Positions 8,774 through 19,019 of a stretch of DNA of 58,329 nucleotides are shown here, in pieces. The notes below the pieces were generated by a model that saw only the letters and a program-made list of their open reading frames with translations, had not been told where the DNA came from and did not search any database. The stretch is from positions 1 to 58,329 of the forward strand of contig JBDKUN010000025.1 of assembly GCA_039679675.1 (NCBI GenBank). Direction: 5' to 3'. Positions within the stretch are counted from its first letter, which is position 1. Each line of letters opens with the position of its first letter. This DNA comes from Armatimonadota bacterium. Its GTDB lineage: Bacteria; Armatimonadota; UBA5829; DTLH01. The position numbers were made by a program, and so were the translations under genes.

Positions 8774-11104
8774 ATGGAGACGCAAACACTTGATATACCG
8801 GTGATCCTGCCGGACTATTATGAAGACTGTGAGCGGTGCATGGGTCGGTTGAAAGATGCTCTGGAAGGGCTGGAAGGTGTTTCCAGTGCTAAGATCGGCG
8901 CGAAAGGCCCCAGTATATACCTTACTTATGACGCCAACAAGATCTCCTTGGAAAAGATAGAGGAGCGTGTAAGACAGCTCGGTATCGAAGTTGCTGAACG
9001 CTATGTTCATGACTCTCTTCATCTTGAAGGGTTGGATTGCCCCGATTGCGCAGCAAAGCTGGAGAAGGCCGTAGGGCGAATGAGCGGCGTTTTATGGTCG
9101 TCGGTCAACTATGCGACATCTAAGCTCTCCGTAGAGTATGAGCAGAAGAAGATAGATCGCTCTGCAATAGAGGACCGCGTGCGTGATCTGGGTTACAATG
9201 TCACAGAAATAGTGCCTTTCGGCGCAGAAGCACCTGCTCCGAAGCCCGCATGGCTTAACAAACGGGTAATGACCACCGCAGTTTCCGGTATATTTCTGGT
9301 CGCGGCCTTGATAGCGTCTTTTCTTCGAGCTCCTGGCTTTGTTACTATTCCGCTCTATGCCGTATCCATTATATCAGGCGGGTTTTACGCTGCCAGGGCT
9401 GGAATCCTCAGCCTGCGGGCGTTCTCGATGGACACTAACCTCCTGATTACTCTTGCCGTAATCGGCGCAATCTATCTTCATGAATACGGAGAGGCTGCCG
9501 GAGTGCTTTTCCTGTTTTCATTAGGTTCAGCGCTTGAAGCTTTTACCATAGACCGCACGCGCAGGTCCATCAGAAGCCTGATAGGGTTGAGCCCTAAGGA
9601 AGCATCGGTCATAAGAGGCGGAAAAGAGGAGAAAATCCGTGTAGAAGATATAAAAGTCGGAGAGACTGTTATAGTCCGTCCCGGAGAGCGGATACCGCTG
9701 GACGGCGTTGTGGAACGCGGCGTGTCCTCTGTGGATGAATCGGCCATCACCGGTGAATCCGTGCCACTCGAAAAGTCTTCCGGTTCGCCTGTTTATGCGG
9801 GTACCATCAACCAGCGCGGTTCGATGGAGGTAAGAGTAACAAAACTCGTAGGTGACGATACTCTTTCAAGAATTATTCACCTTGTAGAGGAAGCTCAAGA
9901 GCAAAAAGCTCCCTCACAGCAGTTCAGCGAGAAATTCGGCAGGGCTTATACTCCTGTTGTCGTCGGTCTGGCGGCTGTTATCGCCCTTTACGCACTTATG
10001 CATACCGACCCGGAGCTTTTCAGACGGTCGCTTGTGCTTCTTGTAGTCGCATGTCCATGTGCGCTTGTTATATCCACTCCGGTTGCGATAGTTTCTGCGA
10101 TAGGGAATGCGGCCAAAAACGGTATTTTGATAAAAGGCGGAGCATACCTGGAGGAGATGGGCCGAGTATCGGTCGTGGCATTCGACAAGACAGGAACACT
10201 CACTACAGGAAGGCTTGAAGTCACTGATATAATCGTGCTCGATTCCAATAGGAACGAAGTATTGAAGATCGCGGCCTCCATAGAAAGCAGGTCTGAGCAT
10301 CCACTGGCGGAATCGATACTCAGAAAAGCTTCGGACGAGAAGATAGAGTTGTATGACCTGGCCTTCTTTGAGGCATTGCCGGGGATTGGCGCGCGCGGAG
10401 TTATGGACAGCCAGTTGTGTCATATTGGCAACCAGCGGCTGTTGGAACAATTGGGAATTCCTGTCCCTGAGCCCAGTATAGTCGAAAAACTTCGTGGAGA
10501 AGGTAAAACCTTGATGTTCGTCGTGAGCGAAAGCAAGGTAATAGGGATAATCGCCGCAGCAGATGCCGTGAGAGAATCCAGCAGGGATTCCATAGCGGCT
10601 TTAAAACGTGCAGGAGTAGATAAAACGGTCATGCTGACAGGCGACAACGAACTCACAGCGCATGCAGTTGCCGAGCGGCTCGGAATAGACAACATAGAAG
10701 CCGAACTGCTCCCAGAGGAGAAAGTCGGTCAGATCAAGAAGCTGGTTGCCCGCTACGGAAAAGTCGCCATGATCGGGGACGGAATAAATGACGCTCCGGC
10801 TCTTGCGGCAGCTACAGTAGGTATTGCGATGGGTGGCGCGGGGTCACACGCAGCGCTTGAGACCGCCGATCTTGCATTGATGGCGGATGACCTGAGTAAA
10901 CTGCCGTATGGAATACGACTCAGCAGATCATCGCTCAGGGTAATCAAACAGAACATAGGGTTTTCAGTGTTTGTAGTAGTTGGACTGGTCGCACTGACAT
11001 TGGCCGGTTCACTCAGTCTCACACTTGGTATAATCGGCCATGAAGGCAGCGCGCTGCTGGTTATAGCTAATGGAATGAGGCTCCTTCGCCTGCGCGCACA
11101 ATAA
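8774..11104 (+). CDS. cadA: P1B-type heavy-metal (Zn/Cd/Pb) ATPase, CadA/ZntA-like
   Basis: Two HMA domains (DCERC, GLDCPDC), TGES, CPC in TM6, DKTGT, SEHPL, GDGINDAP, HEG in the last TM. Confidence 0.93.
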   Translation: METQTLDIPVILPDYYEDCERCMGRLKDALEGLEGVSSAKIGAKGPSIYLTYDANKISLEKIEERVRQLGIEVAERYVHDSLHLEGLDCPDCAAKLEKAVGRMSGVLWSSVNYATSKLSVEYEQKKIDRSAIEDRVRDLGYNVTEIVPFGAEAPAPKPAWLNKRVMTTAVSGIFLVAALIASFLRAPGFVTIPLYAVSIISGGFYAARAGILSLRAFSMDTNLLITLAVIGAIYLHEYGEAAGVLFLFSLGSALEAFTIDRTRRSIRSLIGLSPKEASVIRGGKEEKIRVEDIKVGETVIVRPGERIPLDGVVERGVSSVDESAITGESVPLEKSSGSPVYAGTINQRGSMEVRVTKLVGDDTLSRIIHLVEEAQEQKAPSQQFSEKFGRAYTPVVVGLAAVIALYALMHTDPELFRRSLVLLVVACPCALVISTPVAIVSAIGNAAKNGILIKGGAYLEEMGRVSVVAFDKTGTLTTGRLEVTDIIVLDSNRNEVLKIAASIESRSEHPLAESILRKASDEKIELYDLAFFEALPGIGARGVMDSQLCHIGNQRLLEQLGIPVPEPSIVEKLRGEGKTLMFVVSESKVIGIIAAADAVRESSRDSIAALKRAGVDKTVMLTGDNELTAHAVAERLGIDNIEAELLPEEKVGQIKKLVARYGKVAMIGDGINDAPALAAATVGIAMGGAGSHAALETADLALMADDLSKLPYGIRLSRSSLRVIKQNIGFSVFVVVGLVALTLAGSLSLTLGIIGHEGSALLVIANGMRLLRLRAQ

Positions 11105-11127
11105 AAATTAAGCTAAAAGGGGAAACA

Positions 11128-11913
11128 GTGTCTGAAGCAGCAAGATTAATCATAACACGCGCCGTAATAGCTATCATTGCAGCGGGTATAGGCGGTCTGA
11201 TTGGGGTGATCTGGAAAAAACCGGGTCATCGAACACTTTGCGCTCTTGTCAGTTTTGCGGCAGGAGCTTTACTTGCAGTTACGATTACACAAATAATTCC
11301 AGAAGCTGCAGAAATAGAAGGGGTGGGGTGGCTTCGGGCCATTTTAGCTACAACAGCCGGAGTAATCATATTCTATCTGATCGGAAAATACGTTTACTAT
11401 ATGTGTCCGGCCTGTGCTGCTTCCGCTACGGAGGTAAAAGGCGGCTATCTGCAGCTTGGCGTGCTTTTGATGGTTGCACTCGGCATCCACAGCACTGTCG
11501 ACGGTCTTGCAATAGCGGCTTCTTCCAAAACAAGTCAAGAGATAGTGGCGCTGCTTGTTCTTTTAGCTGTATCTTACCACAAGATTCCTGAGGGGCTTGC
11601 ACTTGTATCGATTGCACAACTTGCTGGGTTTCAAAGACTGAAATCACTTGGGGTAACCCTTCTTATTGAGCTTACTACGGGTTTGGGCGCATTTATCGGG
11701 CTTTTGGTGCTTGGAGCATTTTCTCAGTTCTGGCTTGGCGTGACACTGGGGATAATCGGCGGTTCATTTCTTTATGTAGTTGGGTTTGCTATTCTTCGAG
11801 AGATGATAGAGCACGAGTCAAAATCGATACTGATATATTTCACGCTGGGCTTTATTTCAATCGTGGTAATCGGCATTTTGCTTCCAGTATTCGGTATCGC
11901 TAACGCTCACTAA
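11128..11913 (+). CDS. ZIP-family divalent metal transporter
   Basis: SFAAGALL, IHSTVDGLAI and YHKIPEGLA signature motifs; about 8 hydrophobic helices. Confidence 0.9.
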   Translation: MSEAARLIITRAVIAIIAAGIGGLIGVIWKKPGHRTLCALVSFAAGALLAVTITQIIPEAAEIEGVGWLRAILATTAGVIIFYLIGKYVYYMCPACAASATEVKGGYLQLGVLLMVALGIHSTVDGLAIAASSKTSQEIVALLVLLAVSYHKIPEGLALVSIAQLAGFQRLKSLGVTLLIELTTGLGAFIGLLVLGAFSQFWLGVTLGIIGGSFLYVVGFAILREMIEHESKSILIYFTLGFISIVVIGILLPVFGIANAH

Positions 11914-11940
11914 ACGGTTGATTATACTGTTATTTTGGGC

Positions 11941-12267
11941 TTATGCGTCGTCGAGGTCTTGAAAAAGGTTCGCAAAACGCTCTGCATATTGGTATTCGAT
12001 AGCGGCGAAAGAAAGATCTAATGCAAGAGTCCACAGAGCGACAAATGCTTCATCTCTGGGGGAGTCAAGAATTCTGGTAAAGAAATCCTTGATGACTTCT
12101 TCATATGTAGTTGCCGACTCGTTGATGACGATTCTGCCCGTCTGACGGCTCTGAAAGACTTCTTCCTGCATCCGGTCGAGGAATTCCCGAACATTTGCAG
12201 GTGTCGCGTGCTTAAGGCCCGGCCCAAACTCTGACGTTACCAAATCTCTAAACTCTTCAATCTTCAC
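11941..12267 (-). CDS. Hypothetical acidic alpha-helical protein (108 aa)
   Basis: Clean ORF filling the gap, protein-like composition, own promoter upstream. No family recognised. Confidence 0.75.
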   Translation of the reverse strand: MKIEEFRDLVTSEFGPGLKHATPANVREFLDRMQEEVFQSRQTGRIVINESATTYEEVIKDFFTRILDSPRDEAFVALWTLALDLSFAAIEYQYAERFANLFQDLDDA

Positions 12268-12273
12268 GATTTT

Positions 12274-12302
12274 ACTCTACTCCCGAAAAAGCATGATGTC
12301 AA
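12274..12302 (-). promoter_or_regulatory. Sigma70-type promoter of the 108-aa gene
   Basis: Minus strand reads TTGACA-N17-TAGAGT, with 6 nt between the -10 and the GTG start. Confidence 0.55.
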
Positions 12303-12326
12303 TTATTTTGCAAGGACAATAGCTCA

Positions 12327-13343
12327 TCATCGCGTTCTATAAAGTATGTTCGATGATAGCGATATAAGCGCATCCCTGGCGTCAGAAGACGGGAGGGTCT
12401 TGAGGTGATCGTTTGCACTTTCTATAAAGGATTTTGCCTGCTCTCTGGCGGATTCGATTGCACCGAGAGAACGTATCTTTTCGCAGAGCACGCGGACATC
12501 ATCTTCGGTGTTTTCTGATTTTTCAAGAGTCTTGTATACGGATTGTTTTTCATCTTCCGGTATGGAGTCAAGAGCAAGCAGCACAGGCAGGGTAAACTTT
12601 CCTTCACGCAAATCACTGCCGATCGGTTTTCCGGTAACATCCTGTTCACCCGCTATGTCCAAGATGTCGTCAGTGAGCTGAAATGCCATGCCGAGATCCA
12701 TTCCATATTCCGCCAGCGACTCCTCTGTCGAACTGTCTGCGCCTGAGAGTATCGCGCCGCACCTGCAGCATGCGGACATAAATCCTGCCGTTTTATAGCG
12801 GACGATTTCCCAGTAATACTTTCGCCATTTATCGATACTATGCTCGCAAATGGATTGAAGCACCTCTATTTCACTCATCCTGGTCGTTGTATCAGCAATA
12901 GTGTCCATAATCCGCTGATTATTGTCCTTCAATAGGAGTCCGAATGCCTTGGCGAGTATATAATCTCCGCTCAAAATGGATATTCTGTTGCCCCAGAACG
13001 CATTAGCCGTTACCCGGCCCCTTCTGGAGTCAGAGTGATCGATCACATCGTCGTGCATCAAAGAAGCCATATGTATAAGCTCGACTGCGGCAGCGACGGA
13101 TGTTACTCTTTCATGTTTTGCACCGGTGCCAAGTGCAGTGCGGGACGACAAGATGACGAGCGCCGGCCTAAGCCTTTTTCCTCCTGCTGAAAGCAGATGG
13201 TCAGAGACATCATTAATCGTTTGAACCTTGGAGTGGACAACCTCCGAAAGGAAGCTCTCAACTTTACTGATATCTTCACGCACCGACTCCAGCCAATAAG
13301 CCGGTTTTGCTGTATATTCTGCGCGCCATTCCTTAGCGCTCAT
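12327..13343 (-). CDS. Polyprenyl diphosphate synthase (HepT/IspB-like)
   Basis: GGKRLRP, first DDXXD (HDDVID..RRG), KTA, second DDXXD (FQLTDDILD). Overlaps menG. Confidence 0.93.
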   Translation of the reverse strand: MSAKEWRAEYTAKPAYWLESVREDISKVESFLSEVVHSKVQTINDVSDHLLSAGGKRLRPALVILSSRTALGTGAKHERVTSVAAAVELIHMASLMHDDVIDHSDSRRGRVTANAFWGNRISILSGDYILAKAFGLLLKDNNQRIMDTIADTTTRMSEIEVLQSICEHSIDKWRKYYWEIVRYKTAGFMSACCRCGAILSGADSSTEESLAEYGMDLGMAFQLTDDILDIAGEQDVTGKPIGSDLREGKFTLPVLLALDSIPEDEKQSVYKTLEKSENTEDDVRVLCEKIRSLGAIESAREQAKSFIESANDHLKTLPSSDARDALISLSSNILYRTR

Positions 13344-14052
13344 TCTTAGTACCCATATGAATGCAAACAGTGCCGAAAGTCAGATTGCGAATATGTATAT
13401 CTACAAGGCCGCAACTCTTGAAAATATCGGCCAATTCCTCTCTTGAACAAAATCGTGCCACTGAATTGGGCAAGTAATCATACGGTTCACGTTCAGCGCC
13501 GAACAAACCTGCCAGCCGGGGCATTATTCGGAAGAAATAAAGACGCCATAACGGTTGTAGTATCCGCGAGTCCGGTCCCAGTATTTCCAGTGATATTACC
13601 CGTCCTCCCGGCTTTATCACTCGCGTCATTTCAGCTACTGCCGCTTGAACATTTGCGACATTTCTAAGCGCAAATCCGATTGTGGCGCAGTCAAAAGTGC
13701 CGGATGCAAAAGGCAGGTGCTCAGCGTTGGCCGTGACAAGCTCGATATTCCTCTCGGAAGCCAATTTATTTGCAGCCATAGCGATCATCGGCCTGCAGAA
13801 ATCGGTCCCTACAACAAGTCCAGAATATCCTGCGGCAGCGGAAAGAACTTTCGCGAAATCACCTGTTCCGGTTGCTACATCTATTGCTGACGCTCCCGGC
13901 TCGATCCCGGCCATGCGGACCGCGATCTTTCGCCAACTTTTATGCATGCCAAGGCTGATAACGCTGTTCATAAGGTCGTATTTGGACGCGATAGACCCGA
14001 ACAATCGGTTAATATACCGCTCTTTTTCCTTGCCGACCAGTTTTCCGCGCAA
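13333..14052 (-). CDS. menG: Demethylmenaquinone methyltransferase MenG/UbiE
   Basis: YDLMNSVISLGMHKSW, DVATGTGD SAM motif, GFALRNV, RVIKPGG. Confidence 0.9.
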   Translation of the reverse strand: MRGKLVGKEKERYINRLFGSIASKYDLMNSVISLGMHKSWRKIAVRMAGIEPGASAIDVATGTGDFAKVLSAAAGYSGLVVGTDFCRPMIAMAANKLASERNIELVTANAEHLPFASGTFDCATIGFALRNVANVQAAVAEMTRVIKPGGRVISLEILGPDSRILQPLWRLYFFRIMPRLAGLFGAEREPYDYLPNSVARFCSREELADIFKSCGLVDIHIRNLTFGTVCIHMGTKNER

Positions 14053-14189
14053 TCGTGCCTCCGTTTCACTCAGCTAAACCGGCTGATCTATGTTGTATTA
14101 AAGCCGATTGAGCATAAGCCCGTGTGCATTATATCCGTTTGCCCGTTTAAACGTCAACGACTCGGTTCAATGCGATTCACAGCGCGGCA

Positions 14190-14219
14190 TTGACACTCCC
14201 GCTTCGTGATTAATATAAT
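14190..14219 (+). promoter_or_regulatory. Consensus sigma70 promoter
   Basis: TTGACA (14190-14195), N18, TATAAT (14214-14219), upstream of the hexapeptide acyltransferase. Confidence 0.7.
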
Positions 14220-14254
14220 CTTATGGACAACGATTAATAATCGGGGGGAAGATA

Positions 14255-14980
14255 TTGCTCAGACCTGAAGACTTTTTTGATCTTGACGGCTACGAATTCC
14301 GTGGCGTTTTCGATGGATGTGAATATGTATGGCAGGCACTTAATAGAATCGGTGCCTTTGCGCTCAATTATATAACCGAAGTAGATGGCGAAACAACGAT
14401 CTTCGGTGAAGTGAGACCCGGAGCCTATATAGACGACAAGCACAGCGTTGTGATCGGTAAAGGAACGGTTGTCGAGCCGGGCGCGTATATTCAGGGACCT
14501 GCCATAATCGGAGAGCATTGCCAGATCAGGCATGGAGCATACATCAGGGGCGATGTTATCGTAGGAAACAAATGTATAGTCGGCCACGCGAGTGAGCTGA
14601 AGAACGCAATAATGCTGGATGGAGCGCAGGCTCCGCACTTTGCATATGTTGGAGACAGTATCCTTGGCCGGAAATCTAACCTCGGAGCCGGGACCAAGCT
14701 GTCTAACGTGCCTGCAATAAGCGAGAGGGACGAGAAAACAGGTAAAAGGCCTACGATAAAGCTGGAGATCAACGGTAAGGTATACGACACCGGGCTGCAG
14801 AAGTTCGGCGCAGTCATAGGAGACGGTTCTCAGACTGGCTGTAATACAGTCACCAATCCTGGTACTCTTTTAGGGAAGCGTACAGTGGTCTACCCGAACG
14901 TTTCTCTGCGCAAGGGCTATTATCCGCCTCACCGGATCATTAAGCTCAAGCAAGGTATAGAGATCGTAGAGCGGACTTAA
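14255..14980 (+). CDS. Left-handed beta-helix acyltransferase resembling the GlmU acetyltransferase half
   Basis: Hexapeptide repeats, GAYIRG, HFAYVGDSILG, NLGAGT and KFGAVIGD...GCN motifs. No nucleotidyltransferase domain. Confidence 0.85.
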   Translation: MLRPEDFFDLDGYEFRGVFDGCEYVWQALNRIGAFALNYITEVDGETTIFGEVRPGAYIDDKHSVVIGKGTVVEPGAYIQGPAIIGEHCQIRHGAYIRGDVIVGNKCIVGHASELKNAIMLDGAQAPHFAYVGDSILGRKSNLGAGTKLSNVPAISERDEKTGKRPTIKLEINGKVYDTGLQKFGAVIGDGSQTGCNTVTNPGTLLGKRTVVYPNVSLRKGYYPPHRIIKLKQGIEIVERT

Positions 14981-15375
14981 CCGCTCGTCAGCTTTTCAGC
15001 AGCGTCGTTATCATTCGTATTGATTACTGCCGAAGCTACTCCTCCGCCGGGAGTGACAGTACCGTAGATATATCTTATATTTATACCTGCGTCTGATAGT
15101 TTTGCGCAAAGCTCCGAGAGAGAGCCAGGACGGTCGGGGATCTCAACGACTATTACATCGCTTCTTATAAAGCCGTAGTTCAGCTCAAGCAGGGCTGCTG
15201 CGGCTTTATCCGCATCATTGGTAATCATCCGAATTACGGCATGGTCAGTCGCATCTACGATCGATAATGCCTTTATATTTATGTTGAACTTGGCCAGGTG
15301 AGCGGTCATCCGGGCAAGTTCGCCGGTACGGTTGAACAAGAAGACGGATATTTGAGTGTCTTTCATCAGCGGCAT
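14977..15375 (-). CDS. Tandem ACT-domain protein
   Basis: QISVFLFNRTGEL...INIKALS and EIPDRPGSL...GINIRYIY repeats. Confidence 0.88.
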   Translation of the reverse strand: MPLMKDTQISVFLFNRTGELARMTAHLAKFNINIKALSIVDATDHAVIRMITNDADKAAAALLELNYGFIRSDVIVVEIPDRPGSLSELCAKLSDAGINIRYIYGTVTPGGGVASAVINTNDNDAAEKLTSG

Positions 15376-15437
15376 CCTCCTTTTACTGATGATTATATGC
15401 CCCGATGGTATGAAAGGTGAAACAGCAACATTACAGC

Positions 15438-16091
15438 CTATGCCTTTTGCATACGCCGCGCATTTAGCAGCTCTATAACCTCTTCGTCCGATGTCTGTCC
15501 GAACTCGATATACCAGCTTCCGACGGCGAAGAATGGGGTGGGGGTCATAAGTACGTGAACTTCATCGACAAGCCGGGAAATACGCCAGAGAGAGTCCGGT
15601 GCAGCCACAGGAACGGCAAGAATGATCCTTCCGGGGTTTAGTTTACGAAGAGAGTGCAGCGCTGCTTCTATGGTGTAGCCGGTGGCTATGCCGTCGTCGA
15701 CAACTATGACCGTCCTGCCGCTGATGTTTGGAGGATCGATAGTCCCACGGTACTCTCGGAGCCTCCTGTTTATTTCTATAAGCTGCCGCTCAGTTTCTTT
15801 TTGAATGTAATCTTGAGTAACTCCTAGATACGATATAGCATGTTCATCGAGGATTGCGTTTCCTTCGTTCCAGGGGGCTACCGCGCCGATTGCGAGTTCC
15901 GGCTGATCAGGTGCGCCCAGTTTTCGCGGCACTACGACGTCGAGCTTAAGGTCCAGTGCCGCGGCGATCTCATAACCAACCACGACGCCTCCTCTCGGCA
16001 CAGCGATTACCAGCGCATCAGTACCTTGATACTGCTCAAGGGCCTTTGCAAGCTTTTTCCCGGCATCTGCTCTATCTTCGAATACCTGCAT
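15438..16091 (-). CDS. Type I phosphoribosyltransferase-family protein
   Basis: FEDRADAG, PRGGV, RKLGAP..PELAIGA, PRPP loop VIVVDDGIATG, F.AVG.WY..F.QTSDEEV. Confidence 0.9.
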   Translation of the reverse strand: MQVFEDRADAGKKLAKALEQYQGTDALVIAVPRGGVVVGYEIAAALDLKLDVVVPRKLGAPDQPELAIGAVAPWNEGNAILDEHAISYLGVTQDYIQKETERQLIEINRRLREYRGTIDPPNISGRTVIVVDDGIATGYTIEAALHSLRKLNPGRIILAVPVAAPDSLWRISRLVDEVHVLMTPTPFFAVGSWYIEFGQTSDEEVIELLNARRMQKA

Positions 16092-16094
16092 ATT

Positions 16095-18533
16095 TCAACT
16101 CTCTGCTTCGAGCGCATGGTCAAGGACCTGGTCTATATTGTCTACATAGATAAACTCCAATTCTTTCTGGATATTCTCAGGAATATCCTCCAGCACATCC
16201 TTCCTATTCTCTTCCGGCATAATAATCGTTTTTACACCCGCCCGCCGGGCGGCTAATACTTTTTCTTTTATACCACCGACAGGCAGTACTTTACCTCTCA
16301 GTGTGATCTCGCCGGTCATGGCGATATCACTTTTGACTTTTCGGTTTGTCAGGAGGGATGCGAGTGCTGTAACCATCGTAACACCGGCAGACGGCCCGTC
16401 TTTAGGGATCGCCCCGGCAGGCACATGCATATGAATGTCTGACTTTGTAAAAAATTCCGGGTCAATCTTTAACTTTGATGCCTTTGAACGAATGTAAGAA
16501 AGCGCCGCCTGAGCGGATTCCTTCATAACATCTCCAAGCTGTCCGGTAAGGGTCAATGTTTTGCCACCAGCCATTCTGGTAGCCTCAACAAACAGCACAT
16601 CGCCGCCTGTAGGCGTCCATGCCAGCCCTAATGAGATTCCCGGCTCTGTTATACGGTCTTTTATTTCCTCAAAAAGGTACCTTGGCGAGCCTAGGTAATT
16701 TTCAACTTGCTCGATTGTCACGTTCACCGGTTCTGTGCGGCCCTCGGCATATTCGCGCGTCACTTTTCTGCAGATAGATGCTATTTCCCGCTCCAGATTA
16801 CGGACCCCGGCTTCCCTGGTGTATCCGCGGGTAATATCACGGATTGCGTCATCTGTCCAGGTGATGTGCGTTCCTTCCAAAAGCCCATGCTCGGCAAGTT
16901 GTTTCGGGATCAGATGCCTCCTCGCTATCTGCAACTTCTCTTCTTCGGTATACCCCGGCAGTTCCAAAATCTCCATCCTGTCTCGAAGCGGCGGCAATAT
17001 GGTGTCGAGCATATTCGCCGTAGTAATGAACATAACTTTCGAGAGGTCGAACGGAACTTCAAGATAATGGTCTCTAAAAGAGAAGTTCTGCTCTGGGTCC
17101 AGCACTTCCAGAAGCGCGGAAGATGGATCTCCTCTGAAGTCGGCGCCTACTTTGTCGATCTCGTCGAGCATGAATATCGGATTATTAGAGCCAGCCCGGC
17201 GTATGCTCTGGATTATCTGCCCAGGCAGTGCACCAATGTATGTTCTCCTGTGACCCCTGATCTCGGCTTCGTCCCTGATGCCACCTAGCGACATCCTGAC
17301 AAAGTTACGGCCCATTGCTCTTGAAATAGACTTGCCCAATGATGTTTTGCCGACTCCCGGAGGCCCAACAAAGCAAAGGATCGGGTGTCTTATCCCTCCT
17401 GTAGTCTTAAACTTCCGAACAGATAGATACTCTAGTATCCGTTCCTTTACCTTTTCCAACCCATAATGGTCTTCATCGAGTATTCGGCGGACTTCGCGTA
17501 TATCCAAGTTGTCTTCCGTGCTCTTTGCCCAGGGAAGAGAAACAAGCCATTCGATGTATGTCCGCGCCACTGTATACTCCGGCGCGGCAGGCGGCATACG
17601 GCTTAACCTGTCCAACTCCCTTTGGGCTTCTTTTTCGGCTTCTGACGGCATTTCTGCCTTATTAATACGGTCGCGGAGTTCTTCGACTTCAAGCACACGC
17701 TCATCAGCTTCACCCAATTCCCGCTGTATAGCCTTGAGCTGCTCACGAAGGTAGTATTCACGCTGCGTTTTGCCAAGCTCCTGGTTCACCTCTGACTGGA
17801 TTTTACTGCCGAGTTCCAGTACTTGAGATTCTCTTAAAAGTATAGTCAAGAGCTTGGTCATCCGTTCACGGATCCCGACCGTTTCGAGAAGCTGCTGCTT
17901 TTCAGAAACGGATATTTGCAGATGAAGTGCAATGGTATTGGTCAGTACCGATGGTTTGGTGACGATATTTGATACGTTCTCCAGTTCCTCCGGCAGGTTC
18001 GGTGAAAGACTGACGACTTTCGCGAAAGCGTCGGCGACATTTCGCCTGAGAGCTTCGATTTCCATGGCCTGATCCGGTGTCCAATCAATCACATCGGGCA
18101 CTTCCTCGACCCTAGCCTTGATATACGGCTCCTTCTGGACTGCTTCGATGATCCTGAACCGCTTTATCCCTTGCACAATCAGCCTTTGCCCGTCAGGTAG
18201 CCGGATCATGGTGTGGATGGTTGCGGCTGTGCCGATTTCATACAGGTCTTCTAACCCCGGAGATTCGACACTTGGATCCATCTTGGCGACAAGACCTATT
18301 ATTCTGCTGTCACTCACCACTGCATCATCAATCAACCGTATAGAGTTCTCCCGGCCTACTAAAAGCGGCATCACAACTGCCGGAAACAGCACACTGTCAT
18401 TAAGTGGAAGCAGACTGAGTACGTCGGGAATCGCAGGATGATGCTCTGCATTACTATCTTCGCGACTCTGCACTGTTTCCTGCGCTTCATCTATTATCTT
18501 GCTATTGACCTTCGATTCCATATTATGCTCCAA
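16095..18533 (-). CDS. lon: ATP-dependent protease La
   Basis: LON N-domain, [14 protein letters not shown], catalytic PKDGPSAG and GGIKEK. Confidence 0.97.
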   Translation of the reverse strand: MEHNMESKVNSKIIDEAQETVQSREDSNAEHHPAIPDVLSLLPLNDSVLFPAVVMPLLVGRENSIRLIDDAVVSDSRIIGLVAKMDPSVESPGLEDLYEIGTAATIHTMIRLPDGQRLIVQGIKRFRIIEAVQKEPYIKARVEEVPDVIDWTPDQAMEIEALRRNVADAFAKVVSLSPNLPEELENVSNIVTKPSVLTNTIALHLQISVSEKQQLLETVGIRERMTKLLTILLRESQVLELGSKIQSEVNQELGKTQREYYLREQLKAIQRELGEADERVLEVEELRDRINKAEMPSEAEKEAQRELDRLSRMPPAAPEYTVARTYIEWLVSLPWAKSTEDNLDIREVRRILDEDHYGLEKVKERILEYLSVRKFKTTGGIRHPILCFVGPPGVGKTSLGKSISRAMGRNFVRMSLGGIRDEAEIRGHRRTYIGALPGQIIQSIRRAGSNNPIFMLDEIDKVGADFRGDPSSALLEVLDPEQNFSFRDHYLEVPFDLSKVMFITTANMLDTILPPLRDRMEILELPGYTEEEKLQIARRHLIPKQLAEHGLLEGTHITWTDDAIRDITRGYTREAGVRNLEREIASICRKVTREYAEGRTEPVNVTIEQVENYLGSPRYLFEEIKDRITEPGISLGLAWTPTGGDVLFVEATRMAGGKTLTLTGQLGDVMKESAQAALSYIRSKASKLKIDPEFFTKSDIHMHVPAGAIPKDGPSAGVTMVTALASLLTNRKVKSDIAMTGEITLRGKVLPVGGIKEKVLAARRAGVKTIIMPEENRKDVLEDIPENIQKELEFIYVDNIDQVLDHALEAES

Positions 18534-18548
18534 ACTGAGTATGCAGCT

Positions 18549-19019
18549 TCAATCATTTGTTATAGGGACTATTCGAGCTTTTTTCTCATGTCTTTTAGGT
18601 AAAGATATGCGAAGGAAGCCTTCTCCATATGCAGCAGTGATATTATCTTTGTCTATCTTGATTTCAGGAGGCAACGCAATTATCCGTTCGAAAGGACCGT
18701 AATATATTTCGAGCTGATAATAGCGCACCAATCCCCTTCGGTCCATATTGCCTTCAGAGCGGACTCCTCTTATTGTCAGGAACCTATCATCAGCGGACAG
18801 CTGTATTTCCACATGATCTGGTTTTATACCGGCTGCACAGACTTTTACTATCACCGCATCCTTTGTTTCATAAACATCTACGCGAGGGGTCCATACTTCA
18901 CCCGCTGCACCGGGCAACCTGAACATCTGAAGAAGCATATCATCCGATATGCGCCGCATCTCGCGTTCGAGTTCTTCAAGCATATCTTCATAAGACTTGA
19001 ATATCATAGCTGTTTCCAT
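18549..19019 (-). CDS. Small heat-shock protein Hsp20/alpha-crystallin
   Basis: PRVDVYET, LTIRGVR, EIYYGPFERIIALP, AAYGEGFLRISLPK, C-terminal IxI-like IVPI. Confidence 0.92.
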   Translation of the reverse strand: METAMIFKSYEDMLEELEREMRRISDDMLLQMFRLPGAAGEVWTPRVDVYETKDAVIVKVCAAGIKPDHVEIQLSADDRFLTIRGVRSEGNMDRRGLVRYYQLEIYYGPFERIIALPPEIKIDKDNITAAYGEGFLRISLPKRHEKKARIVPITND

